Shown piece after piece: positions 1 to 11,503 of a stretch of DNA of 64,000 nucleotides. The DNA comes from Amphiscolops sp. MND2022. Its lineage: Eukaryota. Numbering within the stretch: the first letter of the stretch is position 1; every line of letters starts with the position of its first letter. The position numbers and the translations under genes were made by a program. The stretch covers positions 35,342,001 through 35,406,000 of the forward strand of contig OZ076409.1 of NCBI GenBank assembly GCA_964187785.1, written 5' to 3'. The notes below the pieces were generated by a model. The model saw only the letters and a list, made by a program, of their open reading frames with translations. It searched no databases and was not told the origin of the DNA.

Positions 1-634
1 TGACAGGTACTTCGACAACAAAGAGCAAGAACGAGCAAAAACACGGGCGCGCTGCCATGACAGAAGCCAGAGACGGCAAGAACATCCAAAAATAGACTCT
101 TTTTGAGGTGCTAACACCGGTTTTATCGATTTTCAGCATTATGCTACCCTATGTAGCGGAAACCGTAAAAATGAGTCTTTTCGCCTAAAGATCCTTGTTT
201 GGTGCTTGGAGCCCCCGCGCCCCAGCTTGTAGCTGTGTGGTTTGCCATATTCGTGCTTGTTTTCATGTATTTTCAGTGATTTTGGCTGTATTCAGTAGCG
301 CTAGCGCTAGTTTAGATCTTAGTCCCCAATTTTAGATCTTATTCACATGTCACTCTGGAACTGAAAATTTACCTTATTCGTGGCATTGTTTTTATATGCT
401 AGTTAAGCGGTGGTCTTTAGAGAGTCAGAAAGATGCCCGTTATTATTAGCAATCAAAGACTAGGACCGGTTGGACAGTATTCGTCGAAGCACTCGCGGCC
501 CCGGGACGTATTTCACCCCTGGAGGCAAAATGGATCTGTGGCGATGGGCGCCTGTCCCGAGCGATTCACCCATTCCTGCAGGTTCCTCCACCTCTGTTAA
601 CGCGTTAAGCGACCGATAACAGCTTGCCGTTACA
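1..634 (+). repeat. 5' LTR (partial)
   Basis: Colinear with 14239-14872 with roughly ten substitutions seen by eye; ends AGCTTGCCGTTACA. Confidence 0.96.
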
Positions 635-649
635 TGAGACCTCATTTTT

Positions 650-666
650 TGGCGACCACAGAGGGA
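650..666 (+). promoter_or_regulatory. Primer binding site, probably tRNA-Arg
   Basis: TGGCGACCACAGAGGGA is complementary to a ...TCCCTnnGTGGTCGCCA tRNA 3' end like that of animal tRNA-Arg(TCG); lies 15 nt after the LTR end. Confidence 0.75.
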
Positions 667-3600
667 TCGCTTCCGATTACTGCCCTATTATATGGTTTTG
701 AAATTTCCGACCCCCTGGTATGGGACGCCAAGAACGATTGGACTCTGGAAGGAGACGTTTACCCTGAATTTTTCCAAATTTTTTAGATGTTATGACGTTG
801 TATTTTGGTGTTTTTCCAGTCTTTCAGGGGATTTTTCCGAGTACTTTTGGTATGTTTTGATAACAGATACTTGTTGACAGATATCGTCTAAAATTGCAAG
901 GTTCCCATCAGCGGGTATCTTTTTTGCAGGTGAAGAGGACCGTAGCACGTGGCTACGGGTGTTTAACAGGTTTTTTGAGCTATTTTTAGCCATTTTATGC
1001 CATGCAAGAAGGTGACTGGTGGATGGTCAGCCACGAGCCAGCGAGGCGGCAGAGGGGTCAAATCGTGTGTTGCCTACTTCCTACTCCCATTTCTCGTGGA
1101 TACGTACTAGAGGTATGGTTTTTAGTGGACAGCAAGTACAAGAGCAGACGATGCTAATGGTCTAAACCGCGTGTCTCTATCTGGTCCAGATGTGGAGAAA
1201 AAGCGTGGTGAACATGTACCCCCTGTGACCAGAAGTGTAGCTCAAATGGCCCATGGTTGGCCAAAAAGTTTGAAAAGACACCTTTTTCGACAGGGAATTG
1301 TTTGTTCAGCCTTGTTTTCCTTTGTTGCAGCTCAGTGTGTGCTTTTGCACCTGTTTTCAGTGAAAAAAGTGCGATTTTTAGTGCAAAAGTCGCAAAAACG
1401 TCGTTTTTGGCATTTTTGAGTACTTTTCTTGGTACGAGCGCGAGCGCTCGAAGTATTAGCCACAGCAGTTGCAAAAATGAATAGAAAGCAGCCCAAAACC
1501 TTGAGGGTTTTGCTACATATTGTAACGACAACCGGAAAGACCGTTGGAGACCTTTTTGAGACACATTTTGCATGAAAAAACCCGGTTTTTGGCGAAATTG
1601 GCAAAAAACCACTATGAAATGCCACTGGGAGAGTGCTGGATTGTGATGTAAATGCCTCTTCCGTGCTGCTATTAGTTTGGAGCACACTCCACACTACCGA
1701 AAAGAGGATTTAAGAGAGTTTGTAACTTCTTGGTGAGAACAGGTCGAAAAACCTTGATTTTTGGCGAGTTTCAGGAGTGCCAGAGTACATCATTAAAACC
1801 TCTGGGGCACTCAGTGTTTTCGAGACCTGGGAGCCCTCGCGCTCTCATTTTCTGTTTTTGTAGTGAAAATAACGCGTGGTGGTGAAAACCGCGTGTAAAA
1901 ATTCCCATTCAGTGCTGAGAAAAGTGGAAAAACGCACTGAATTTGATCAATTTTCCACAAAACCGGACTGTCTCTGAGCTAGGGTCGGTTCATCGATTCC
2001 TAAACCCTAGCCAAAAAAGTGGTTGCATTTTCGTAATTACCACCAAAATTAACGTTAGTGGCGAAAATTTTGTGAGCGTATCGGTCACCAAAGTCGAGAA
2101 AAGCTCTCTGACGTTTCGACTTCAGAGAAGCGTAAGAGGACCGAAAAAATCCAAAACTGCAGGACTGTCAGTGCCTTATACCTAACGGGCACCACCAATT
2201 GAGGGTTTAGCCCAGTACTACGGATAGTGGGGCAACACGTTGGTCCCATTTTGCCCGCCGTATCAGTTTCTGAGGTGATCCTCTTGGTCAATTTTGAAAA
2301 AAGTTGTCAAAAACAGTGTTTTTTCGTGTGTAACGTCCATATCGAGTCGAAACCTTAAATAAGCACTCGAGCTTCAATTCGACCATATCAGTGGCATTGT
2401 AGGTGCCCACTGGCATAGACTACTAAGTTTGGTGCCGATCTGTGTGATACTTGTTGAGAAAATAGGAAAAACGTGGCACACAAAACATTTGCGCAAAAAG
2501 GCAGTTTTTTCTTAGTTTTTCCAAGTAACCCGGGCACCTTAGCCGACGGGTGGGGCTATATTGCAGCCCATCATCGTAATCTGTGCTAGTTTCTACGTTG
2601 TTGCAGAGATTTTGAGCTTGCTAGCTTTTTCCAGTGGACCGCAATCTTGAAAAAGACGTGAAAAACAGTGTATTTCGGTACAAAGTGGTACCGCACGTCT
2701 GTACCTAGGTGAAACTGTGTAGAAGAGGCGCAGCTCAAAACTGTGTTCACTTTCGTAAACCTACGTGTACCTAAGATCTGCTGGTCAGTTTTGGGCTAGA
2801 TACGGCGCTTCCAGCGCACACACTAGCCTCTTGAGTGTTGTGGTGCGATTTTTGGAAATCCAAAAATTCTTTGAAATTCTTCCTGTGGGTGACTGGAGAC
2901 TTTTTGCCCTAAACCAGGTTAATTTTCTGGCCCAGTGTGCTTGTGGAAAAGCGCTGTGCAAATTTGAACAGCCTATGAGCCTTACAACGTGTTTTGAAAA
3001 ATCTTGGACGTTGAAAAAACATCAATTTTTTCAAGTCCTCACCGAGACGAGCAGAGGTCCAAATCTTCGAGGAGACCCCCTGCAAGCCTACCAGCGTCTG
3101 TTTCACTATTCTAACAGCGTGGTTGGTGCCCACTGGCAGCGCCTGCCAAGTTTGGGGTCAATTGGTACTGTATCTGTTGAGAAATTGACTAAAACAAACT
3201 GCACAAGAAGGTGCCGAAGAAGTCGAATTCTACGAAGTCTTGTGGGACTGCCTGAACACCTTATTCAAAGAGTGGGGACAAATTGCTGCCCACTATCGTA
3301 ACCAGTGCAAGTTTATCGTATTGTTGCCGAAAAAACGAGCGTGAGCGCTCTTTGCAGTTCGCCAGAATCTGGGTTGACACGTGGAGAACAGTACATCTTA
3401 GAACACAGTGATACCGAACGTCTGTACTGTGTTGAAACTTCACCTAGTCATCTCAGCACAAATCAGCTATTATTCCCGTGTACCTCAACTTACGTGGGAT
3501 TGTGTGATTAATTTTGAAGCCGATCCTGCGTTTCTAGCGTTAGCGCTAGCCTCTGGAGTTTTTTTCAAGTGAATCTGAAAAACCCAAAAAATACCTGAAA

Positions 3601-4652
3601 AACCTCTGACATGTGACTGGATCCTAATACCCCGATTCTGGACTCACTTTTTGGGTCAGTGCATCAATCCGGAAGTGCTGTATACCTTCCAGCACGCTAA
3701 AACCCTTGGAACTAATTTCGACTCTTCTTGGACGTGCATGGTCATGGTTTCAGTTTAAGGTTTCACCGAGACGAAAACTGGGGAAGTGGAAAAAAAGCCA
3801 GTTCTACGTGCTGGAAACCTGTTGAAACCCCTAGTTTGAACTCCCAGCAGTTAGTTCATTGCTGTGCGTGTGATATTTGATCAGTATCGAGTGGGCTGCC
3901 TTGCTGGATCATAGCATTTTGTTACTTGAAGTCGTGATATCCTGTGTATCGTAACGAATTAGATCATTTTTTGCAACTGTCGGCGCACCTTATTGGAAAG
4001 TTGGGATAACATTGCCGTGGACTATTCCTATTAGTGTCAGTTGGTGCACCGTTGCTGAAAGAAGTGAGCTCGAGAGCTCAGCACTGTGGACGAGAGTCTT
4101 TGATTGCATGTGAAAAATAGTGTCAATCTAAACACGGTGATACGGAACGTCCGTACCAGATTTAAATCTTGCCCAGTGGTCTGAATTCTCATTGATTGTT
4201 TTTGTATTGTATCTGGCTGTACGTGTGATCGCGTGACCAACTTTGAGCCCAATACCACGTTTCCGGCACTTGTACCAGCCACTTGAGTAATTTTCGAATA
4301 AAGTTGAAAAATCTAAAAATCGTTGAAAAAGGCTCTAGCTTGAAGCTGGAGACAATCATCAGCTACGGTAGGTTATTTTTCTAACTTGTGCGGCTGACGA
4401 ACCGTGCTGTGTCATTTTTTTACCCAGTACGATTGATAAAACTGAATTTGACTTTGTTCAGACACACGTTTTGAACGGAAATCCCGAAAACCTAGCAAAA
4501 AACTATCATTGTAAATCCTCAATACTTCCGCTGTAAAGTAGGCGGACCCAAAAAGCCTTCATTTTCCAACGGAAGGGACCCAGTAGACCTTCCTGGGTGC
4601 AAACGAGGCAAATCCCACAATTCAAAAAAATTGCCGGCAGGGATCATAGATT

Positions 4653-5492
4653 ATGGACTCCTCTAGGACTTCGAAATTTGATCCTGAACAGTGCAAGTCA
4701 GCGGTGTTGAGTGGCTGCGACGCACTCTGGACTACATCTAACGCTGGAATGAATCCTTCGGAAAAATTCCAACGCCTCTGCTTCCTTTTGAAGGGGGAAG
4801 GGGGCACCAGCGCAGCACAACCAATCGATGAACCGGCCTCGATATCTTCGAACAACGCAACCATGGGCATGGCTCACACGTCGCCTGTGGATCGAGGCGG
4901 GTTGTTCGAGGACAATCATGGTACTGAAGACTCAAAAGATGAATTGATATCTCCCGAACAGTTGAAATTCACGGAGGCGATATCCAAAGCTATAGCTAAA
5001 GAGTTGGCTCCCTTGATCTCCAATCGTGATCAAACCGCTGTTCGACCAACCTTATACAGAGGTTCGAAAGACGGGACTGTTGAAGAGTGGTTGCGCCTGA
5101 TGAAACGGTATCTGGAGCGAGTTCATTCGAATGCTTCACCTGTCGGCAAGGCCTGGGCGATAATCGATCACTTAGGTGATGACGCTCGGAGTTTTATAAT
5201 CAACAAACCGGAGTCCGAACGGGATTCTCACGAGAAGGTGACTACCTTGCTCTCCAGCAGATTTGGGACTGGGAGTAGCCGCTGGCCAGTTAGGCAGGCT
5301 TTCAGATTGCGAAGTCAACTTGAAATAGAGGACCTGATGCAATATCTAGATGCATTGGAGGGTCTGAGGAGTCAGGGTTTTCCTGATGAGCCTATCACAA
5401 CCCGACGCTATGAAATCTTGCATCGGTTCATGGATGGGGTCAGCGATCCCGTGTTGCAACGAACGAGAACTGATGGTAGTGTTTGCGACTGA
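4653..5492 (+). CDS. gag: Gag (capsid-like domain), N-terminal part of an originally continuous gag-pol frame
   Basis: 279 aa ORF with retrotransposon capsid-like pattern (YRGSKDGTVEEWL..HLGDDAR..FRLRSQ..E.LMQYLDALEGLR..GFPD) directly upstream of pol. Confidence 0.85.
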   Translation: MDSSRTSKFDPEQCKSAVLSGCDALWTTSNAGMNPSEKFQRLCFLLKGEGGTSAAQPIDEPASISSNNATMGMAHTSPVDRGGLFEDNHGTEDSKDELISPEQLKFTEAISKAIAKELAPLISNRDQTAVRPTLYRGSKDGTVEEWLRLMKRYLERVHSNASPVGKAWAIIDHLGDDARSFIINKPESERDSHEKVTTLLSSRFGTGSSRWPVRQAFRLRSQLEIEDLMQYLDALEGLRSQGFPDEPITTRRYEILHRFMDGVSDPVLQRTRTDGSVCD

Positions 5493-8400
5493 GGCGTATC
5501 TAGCCGACCCACCTAACGTGGAGTCACTTCGGTTCACTGTACAGGAACTCCAAAGGAGTCGTCACCAACAACAGCCTCGTGACCCAGGGTGCACCGAGAC
5601 TGTACCTTATCAGTGCCTACAGAGCGACCAAGTGCCGGGGTCACCAGTGGCTCCGCAGCATGAATCGCTGCCACCCCTTGCACGCCAGTCGGCGCGATTG
5701 CCGATGCCGGCTGCGTCAGTACACACAGCCCCTGAATACAGACAGACCGCAACCTTAGAGCAATCCGCGCGCTGCTTGCAGAGTGCTTGCGCGAGACGCA
5801 AGCTGGTGGTGCATCGCCCGGAGCATATTTTTGACCCAGATAGTGAGCCCCAGCAAGATGCTGCAGCAGCGGTTCCAGCGCCTGCTGTCCCAGTGAAATC
5901 GTGCACAACTGAGGTCTCTGCAGATTGTCCAACATGGTCAATCCAGTCAGAAACTTTCAGCCCTAGGGCTGAAGAAAAGAAAACGGAGGCAACGCAAACC
6001 TTGTCTACCGTCAGAGACAGGGTATTAATGCTACGTCCAGCTGACCAAGCCACCGTAAATGTTCCATTGACTGTCACGTGTGGCACAAAGCAGGTGCAGA
6101 CCGGTTTGGAGTCCACAACGTTTGACCCTAGTGACCGGACTTTATTGTCTGTACACCTAGTGCTGGCCTCGGAGCAACAAATACGCCCAGATTTGACCTT
6201 GGAAAAATTGAAGCTGGAGTTGGCCAGCAACCCGGCTGTCAAGAGGATCTCCTTGCCACTGCCAAAGGAATGGTACACTGAAGGCGAAGCTAGCATATGC
6301 ACGGCATACTCGCCTGTTCCGGTGCACGCTAACATAGATGGCGTGGACATGAAATTCGATGCTAGCGCGGTAGTAGATGTGTTCCCTCAAGGAGTGTGTC
6401 TAGGGCCACATGAATTACGCTGCTATAGCATCAGCAAGCAGGAGCCCACAGGTGAGGCCCGCATAGATGAGCGTGCGTCGCTCGTGGTATCTTTCGCAGT
6501 GCAAAATGCTAACCCTATTCCACTGAGAGGAATGGTCGACACGGGGTCAGGCGTATCAATCATGAGTTTCTCAGCCTTCAACCGTGTAGCCTTGCAGACA
6601 GGTGTAGCGCTACAACCTTGTCGAATCAACTTGTATGCTGCTAATGGGAAGACGATAAAAACGTTTGGAATAGCGGAGCGTTTGCGCTTCCAGCTAGGTG
6701 TGTATGAACTCGAAACAAATTTCGTGGTCGTTGATGACGCACAGGGCTTGGAAGATTTCTTGCTGGGTAGGAATTTTCTGCGAGCATATAACGTGCTGGT
6801 AGATCTGACCTGCATGAAAATTGTGGTTCGAGCGCCGGCTAAGCCTGTGTGGCATCACGCACACGCCCAGACGAGTGACGAAGCTTTATCCAGTACAGTA
6901 GTTTTGGATCAAGACGTAGTGCTCCAGCCATTTGAACGTGCTGTTTTACGAGCTAAGTTGGTCACTTCAAACTTGGAAGCTTTTGCTTTCAGTAATGTTG
7001 TCATTAACTTTGCAACACGGAACGGATTGCTGAAGAACTCTATATTCGTGGAAGACACTATAGCCACTGTTGGAGAGACAGGTTCGTTCTATGTCTCTGT
7101 TGGCAATCTGACAAGCAATGCCCAGAAAGTGAAGTGCGGCACCATGCTTGGTACTGCTGCGCCAGTACGCCTAGTCTACCATGCAGTCACCCAATGTGCG
7201 CTAGCGCACAAAGGCGAAAGTGACGAAAAATCGGACTCCCTAAATGAGTTCGTCAACAGGGTCTATTCTGAAATGGACCTGAACTCGCATTCAAAATGTT
7301 CGTCGTCGTCGGAGTTCGAGTTTCTCTCCTCTACAGACCCATCGGAGGAGGGGTTGTCAGAGCGCGAGATCATAAAGCGCACTGACCCTGATCTCTTGGC
7401 CCCTATTCCTGGACCCGAATCTCAGTTAGAGGACGTACAAAAATTGTGGGGGCAGACTGCCCGCGACTCGCTGAACAACATCCTTACGGAATTTGATGAC
7501 CTATTCATGAAGCACAAAGCAGACATTGGTCGCTGCACAATAGCCAAGCATCCTGTTGAGTTGGAGCCTGGGGCTACACCGCACCGTGAAGGCGCGAGAA
7601 GAATGTCTCCTGACAACGCGGAGCGCGCCAATCAGGAGGTACGCAATCTCCTGGCTTTGGGCATGATCCAACGTTCGCTATCACCTTGGGCGAGTGGGAT
7701 TGTGATGGTCAAAAAGAAAAACGGGGAGTTGCGATTCTGTTGCGACTTTCGCCCCCTCAACGCTGTCACAATAAACGACGCGTATCCCCTCCCACGCATC
7801 GATGAAAACCTTTCACGCTTGGGTAAGGCCAAGATTTACACTAGCATTGATTTGGCCTGGGCTTTCTGGCAGATACCAGTCCGCAAAGCAGATAGGCAGA
7901 AAACGGCCTTTGCCTGCGAGCTGGGTTTGTTTGAATGGCGACGTATGCCTTTTGGGATGTGTAACGCTTCAGCTACTTTCCAGCGAGCCATAGCGCGAGC
8001 GCTACGGAAAATTGTGAATCGGGAAGGAAGCATGGTGATGGCGTACATTGACGACATCGTCATTGCTACCGAGACAGTCGAGGACCACATGGTACGCTTA
8101 CGCGAGGTATTTGAATGTCTGCGCGAAGCTGGCTTCAAAATGAGAGTCGCTAAGTGCGACTTTATGAAGTCGGAAATCAAGTACCTGGGACGTGTGGTCT
8201 CTGCCGAAGGTATCAAACCTGATCCTAAAGCAGTGGCAAAACTACGCGATTGGGAAGTACCGAGGAACAAAACAGAGATGCAAAGCTTTTTGGGCTTCGC
8301 CAACTATTATCGAGAGTTCATTCCTTGGCATGCCAACCTTGTGGCCATCTTGCATGCTATTACCGGTCTGGGCGCGACTTTCGCCTGGGGGGATGAGCAG

Positions 8401-8625
8401 CAACAGGCTTTCAACGCCATTAAATTGGCTTTGATCGAGGCAACTGCCTTGGCGCAACCGGACTCGGAGGGCGAATTTGTGCTGGACACTGATGCCAGTG
8501 CCGTTGCAATATCCGGCATTTTGCATCAGTGGCAGGGTCCTCCGGGCGAAAGGCGCCTGAGACCAATTGTGTATGGTAGCAAGAAGTTGAATGCCACTCA
8601 AGCGAAGTATGGCTCCCAAGCTTGA
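5386..8625 (+). CDS. pol: Pol part 1: Gag C-terminus, aspartic protease, reverse transcriptase, start of RNase H
   Basis: MVDTGSGVS (protease), LLGRNFL, SPWASGIVMVKKK..RFCCDFR.LN, RMPFG, YIDD (RT), LDTDAS (RNase H). Confidence 0.97.
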   Translation: MSLSQPDAMKSCIGSWMGSAIPCCNERELMVVFATEAYLADPPNVESLRFTVQELQRSRHQQQPRDPGCTETVPYQCLQSDQVPGSPVAPQHESLPPLARQSARLPMPAASVHTAPEYRQTATLEQSARCLQSACARRKLVVHRPEHIFDPDSEPQQDAAAAVPAPAVPVKSCTTEVSADCPTWSIQSETFSPRAEEKKTEATQTLSTVRDRVLMLRPADQATVNVPLTVTCGTKQVQTGLESTTFDPSDRTLLSVHLVLASEQQIRPDLTLEKLKLELASNPAVKRISLPLPKEWYTEGEASICTAYSPVPVHANIDGVDMKFDASAVVDVFPQGVCLGPHELRCYSISKQEPTGEARIDERASLVVSFAVQNANPIPLRGMVDTGSGVSIMSFSAFNRVALQTGVALQPCRINLYAANGKTIKTFGIAERLRFQLGVYELETNFVVVDDAQGLEDFLLGRNFLRAYNVLVDLTCMKIVVRAPAKPVWHHAHAQTSDEALSSTVVLDQDVVLQPFERAVLRAKLVTSNLEAFAFSNVVINFATRNGLLKNSIFVEDTIATVGETGSFYVSVGNLTSNAQKVKCGTMLGTAAPVRLVYHAVTQCALAHKGESDEKSDSLNEFVNRVYSEMDLNSHSKCSSSSEFEFLSSTDPSEEGLSEREIIKRTDPDLLAPIPGPESQLEDVQKLWGQTARDSLNNILTEFDDLFMKHKADIGRCTIAKHPVELEPGATPHREGARRMSPDNAERANQEVRNLLALGMIQRSLSPWASGIVMVKKKNGELRFCCDFRPLNAVTINDAYPLPRIDENLSRLGKAKIYTSIDLAWAFWQIPVRKADRQKTAFACELGLFEWRRMPFGMCNASATFQRAIARALRKIVNREGSMVMAYIDDIVIATETVEDHMVRLREVFECLREAGFKMRVAKCDFMKSEIKYLGRVVSAEGIKPDPKAVAKLRDWEVPRNKTEMQSFLGFANYYREFIPWHANLVAILHAITGLGATFAWGDEQQQAFNAIKLALIEATALAQPDSEGEFVLDTDASAVAISGILHQWQGPPGERRLRPIVYGSKKLNATQAKYGSQA

Positions 8626-11503
8626 AATGTACGCAGCTTATTATTTCATCTTGAAGAATCACAGTTATCTCTGCTCCAGAAAGTTCATCCTTCGGGTTGA
8701 CATACAAGCTCTCTCTTGGCTCAAAACGTATTCCACTGATCAGGCCTTGATTGGTTGATGGGTTATAGCACTCGAGAAGTACCATTTCAAAGTGGAGCAT
8801 CGTCCCAGGACACAGCATAGGAATGCCGATGGTCTCAGTAAACGAACCAATGATTATCGGTGGCAAGAGAAGCATCTCGAGAAGCTGCCAGCTGTAACGG
8901 ACAAATGGAATTTCCTCTCACAAGAGGAGTTTGACCAGCTGCCCGTTGCACCTTGGTTCGATTTGCATGGTCGGGTGATACCCAATCACCCCCAATTGCC
9001 CGCTCACTTGCGGAACACTAAACCAGACCCCACAAATGCAGTTTGTCGTGTTGCACGACGGCGTAAGCGCCGTCAGGCCGCTGAGAAAAGGGAGAGGGCG
9101 CTACGCGCTCCTCTACCTGAGGCACTAGTGCCTACATTGCAAACTCACGAAGACTTCTATCCAGATTATCCTGAGGACTGGATTGACGTCACTGAACAGG
9201 TTAGGCAAGATTACTTGCTGCCTACACATGTGGCAGATATCCCCTCACGCATGACATATTCCCTTGACGAAACAGTGGAGCAAGCCATGGCTTCCGCTCC
9301 AACGGTGGTTAGGCAAGCTGCCCTAGCCATCAAAGACATAGACACGGAACTTCATGAACATGCCAACACGGTGCATGGCATCAAGGATCTGCTTTTGGCG
9401 CAGAATCGTGATGTGCATGTGCTAGCCATAAAGAAGTTGGTAGCACAAGAGTCTATTGATCATGACATTTTTCCTGAAGACGTGCGTGCGTTCGCACGTA
9501 ACTATTACAAGCAGAAAAAAGATCTCCTGTTTGTAAAAAAATTGAATTCTTCGTGTTGAGTATCCACCTTAGCAACGTCCACTGCACAAACGTCCGTGCA
9601 TGATTGTAATGTCACAAATGCACCAGCATGAAATTCTGTTTCGTGCTCATGACGCCATGGGCCACCAAGGCATTGCAAAGGTGGTGTCGCGAATCCAAGA
9701 ACGCCATACCTGGCCAGGTATTCGCCGCAGTGTTGGTCAGTACGTGAGTCAGTGCCTCACGTGCCAGCAAGTACGTGACAGGCCGGGTGACGTTCGGTTT
9801 CACTTGAAAAATATCCAAAGTGGGTATTTCAATGAGCTGGTCCAGTATGATCATCTGAAAAAATGCCCCTCCGATAACAATAACACCGGCATATTGGTGA
9901 TAATTGACCATTTCTCAAGTTTGCGGAGGCTGTACCCTGCAGCCATGAAGATTCCGATGCAGTGACCACGTCTATGTTGCTTCTACAGAAAAGGTTTGCC
10001 AGGCACGGCACGCCTACGCGGATGCAATCAGACAATGCCCCCAACTTGACTGCAGAGGTATCCAATGAGTTCATGAGGGCATCTCAGGTCACAAAAGTTA
10101 CCTCTACGGCGGGTCATCCGCGCACCCAAGGCCTGGTCGAACGACAAAATCGGACTTTGCTGACTTTGTTGCGGGTATTCTGCTCGCGTCGCATGAGAGA
10201 TTGGGACCAGCATTTGGATGAAGTCATGGGAGCGTATAACTCAACGCGCCATGCCACGACTGGGTTTTCACCCTACATGCTGACCCGAGGGACCGAAAAG
10301 GCTATCCCTTTCACTTATCTGTATCCGGAGTTCGCAGCCAGATCATTTGAATCGCATGGAGCTCATGTGGAGCATATTCTTGCTCGCCAGCAAGAGATTC
10401 ATGACTTGGTGCGTAGGAACACGCATCAGGCGCAACAACGTCAAAAGCTGAAGTATGATCGAGCTATTCGTGCAAACGCATACAATGTGGGAGACCCCGT
10501 TTGGGTCTTCTGCCGCTATGTGCCTCAAAAGGGATCACCGAAGCTGATGAGAGCTTGGCGTGGTCCGCACAAGGTTGTCCATGTACTACAAGATGGCCGC
10601 GTGTATATCCTAGACTCAGGACAAAAAGTGCACTTTGAGCGGCTGAAACCTCATCATGGTGGCCCGACGGAGTTTGTTCCGCTACCCTCGGGGAGTGGCG
10701 AAGTGGTCGTTGTAATGGATCCTGAGCCTGAGCACTCTGCTGAGGAGATCCCAGATGACTGCTCGCAACCCTCATATCGTGAGGAAGAACCGCTGTCTAA
10801 AGCATCAGATGTATCGCTACCGTCAAGGAGACGCCACTGGATGGACACCAGGTTGCGTACTAGACTGCGAGCTGGAGGCAGTCGTCTCCACTATCAGCAA
10901 TTTGACTATTCCAGTTCCGACCCAGAGCGTTCGCGCTCTGACGACTTGCTGTCAGATGCCCGAGATCGTTCCGAGGCTGAACCTTTGGCGCTATTTGAAG
11001 CTTCAATGCCTCCCGATGAACAACCTCGATCATTGGAACCTGCCAATGACTACGAGTTTCCATTCCTATCTGAACCTGAAGGTATTCCGGAGGTACCTCA
11101 ATCGCAAGATATTCCCGTTGCAACTGGAGAAGCCGACGTATCAATAGCGGGTACATCTGCTCCTCTGTTGACGAATCCTACATTGACGGATGTGCCTATT
11201 AGTATTTCCCAATTGGCGAATGGTACCTCCAACCTCCAAAACACTGAAATCCGTGACACCGAGTTATCCAACACCAACGAGCCAACTGCTCGGAACAATG
11301 TCTCCAGCACGCGTGGTAGGGGCAGATCGCGAGCTGCTCTATCTCGTTGTTCGACACGAGCAACAAACTCCCGGTCGCAGAACGTGAGCGTGCGCGCTCA
11401 AAGGACTCCCAGTCGCAGAGGACATCCTCGAGGACGACCTCCTCGGAGGCCACGAGGACACACTATTTCTTCACGGCAAACAGCTCGTGAAATTGACACA
11501 TAG
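8626..11503 (+). pseudogene. pol: Pol part 2: RNase H end, linker, H2C2 zinc finger and DDE integrase, broken by frameshifts and stops
   Basis: EHRPRTQHRNADGLS (RH end); HDAMGHQG..CLTC zinc finger; IIDHFS, QSDN, GLVERQNRTL (rve core); W.GPHKV..VHFERLKP; split over ORFs 8792, 9600 and 9962. Confidence 0.93.

Noticed and set aside
1154..4282. ORFs of 60-178 aa in the Gypsy leader
   Set aside because: Overlapping on both strands, low-complexity K/F-rich translations, no domain motifs
5450..5470. Programmed gag/pol ribosomal frameshift
   Set aside because: CAACGAACGAGAA looks like a 4-nt duplication; removing it gives continuous VLQRELMVVF, so this is decay of a single ORF
5534..11453. Antisense ORFs within pol
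   Set aside because: Expected shadow ORFs of a long, relatively GC-rich coding frame
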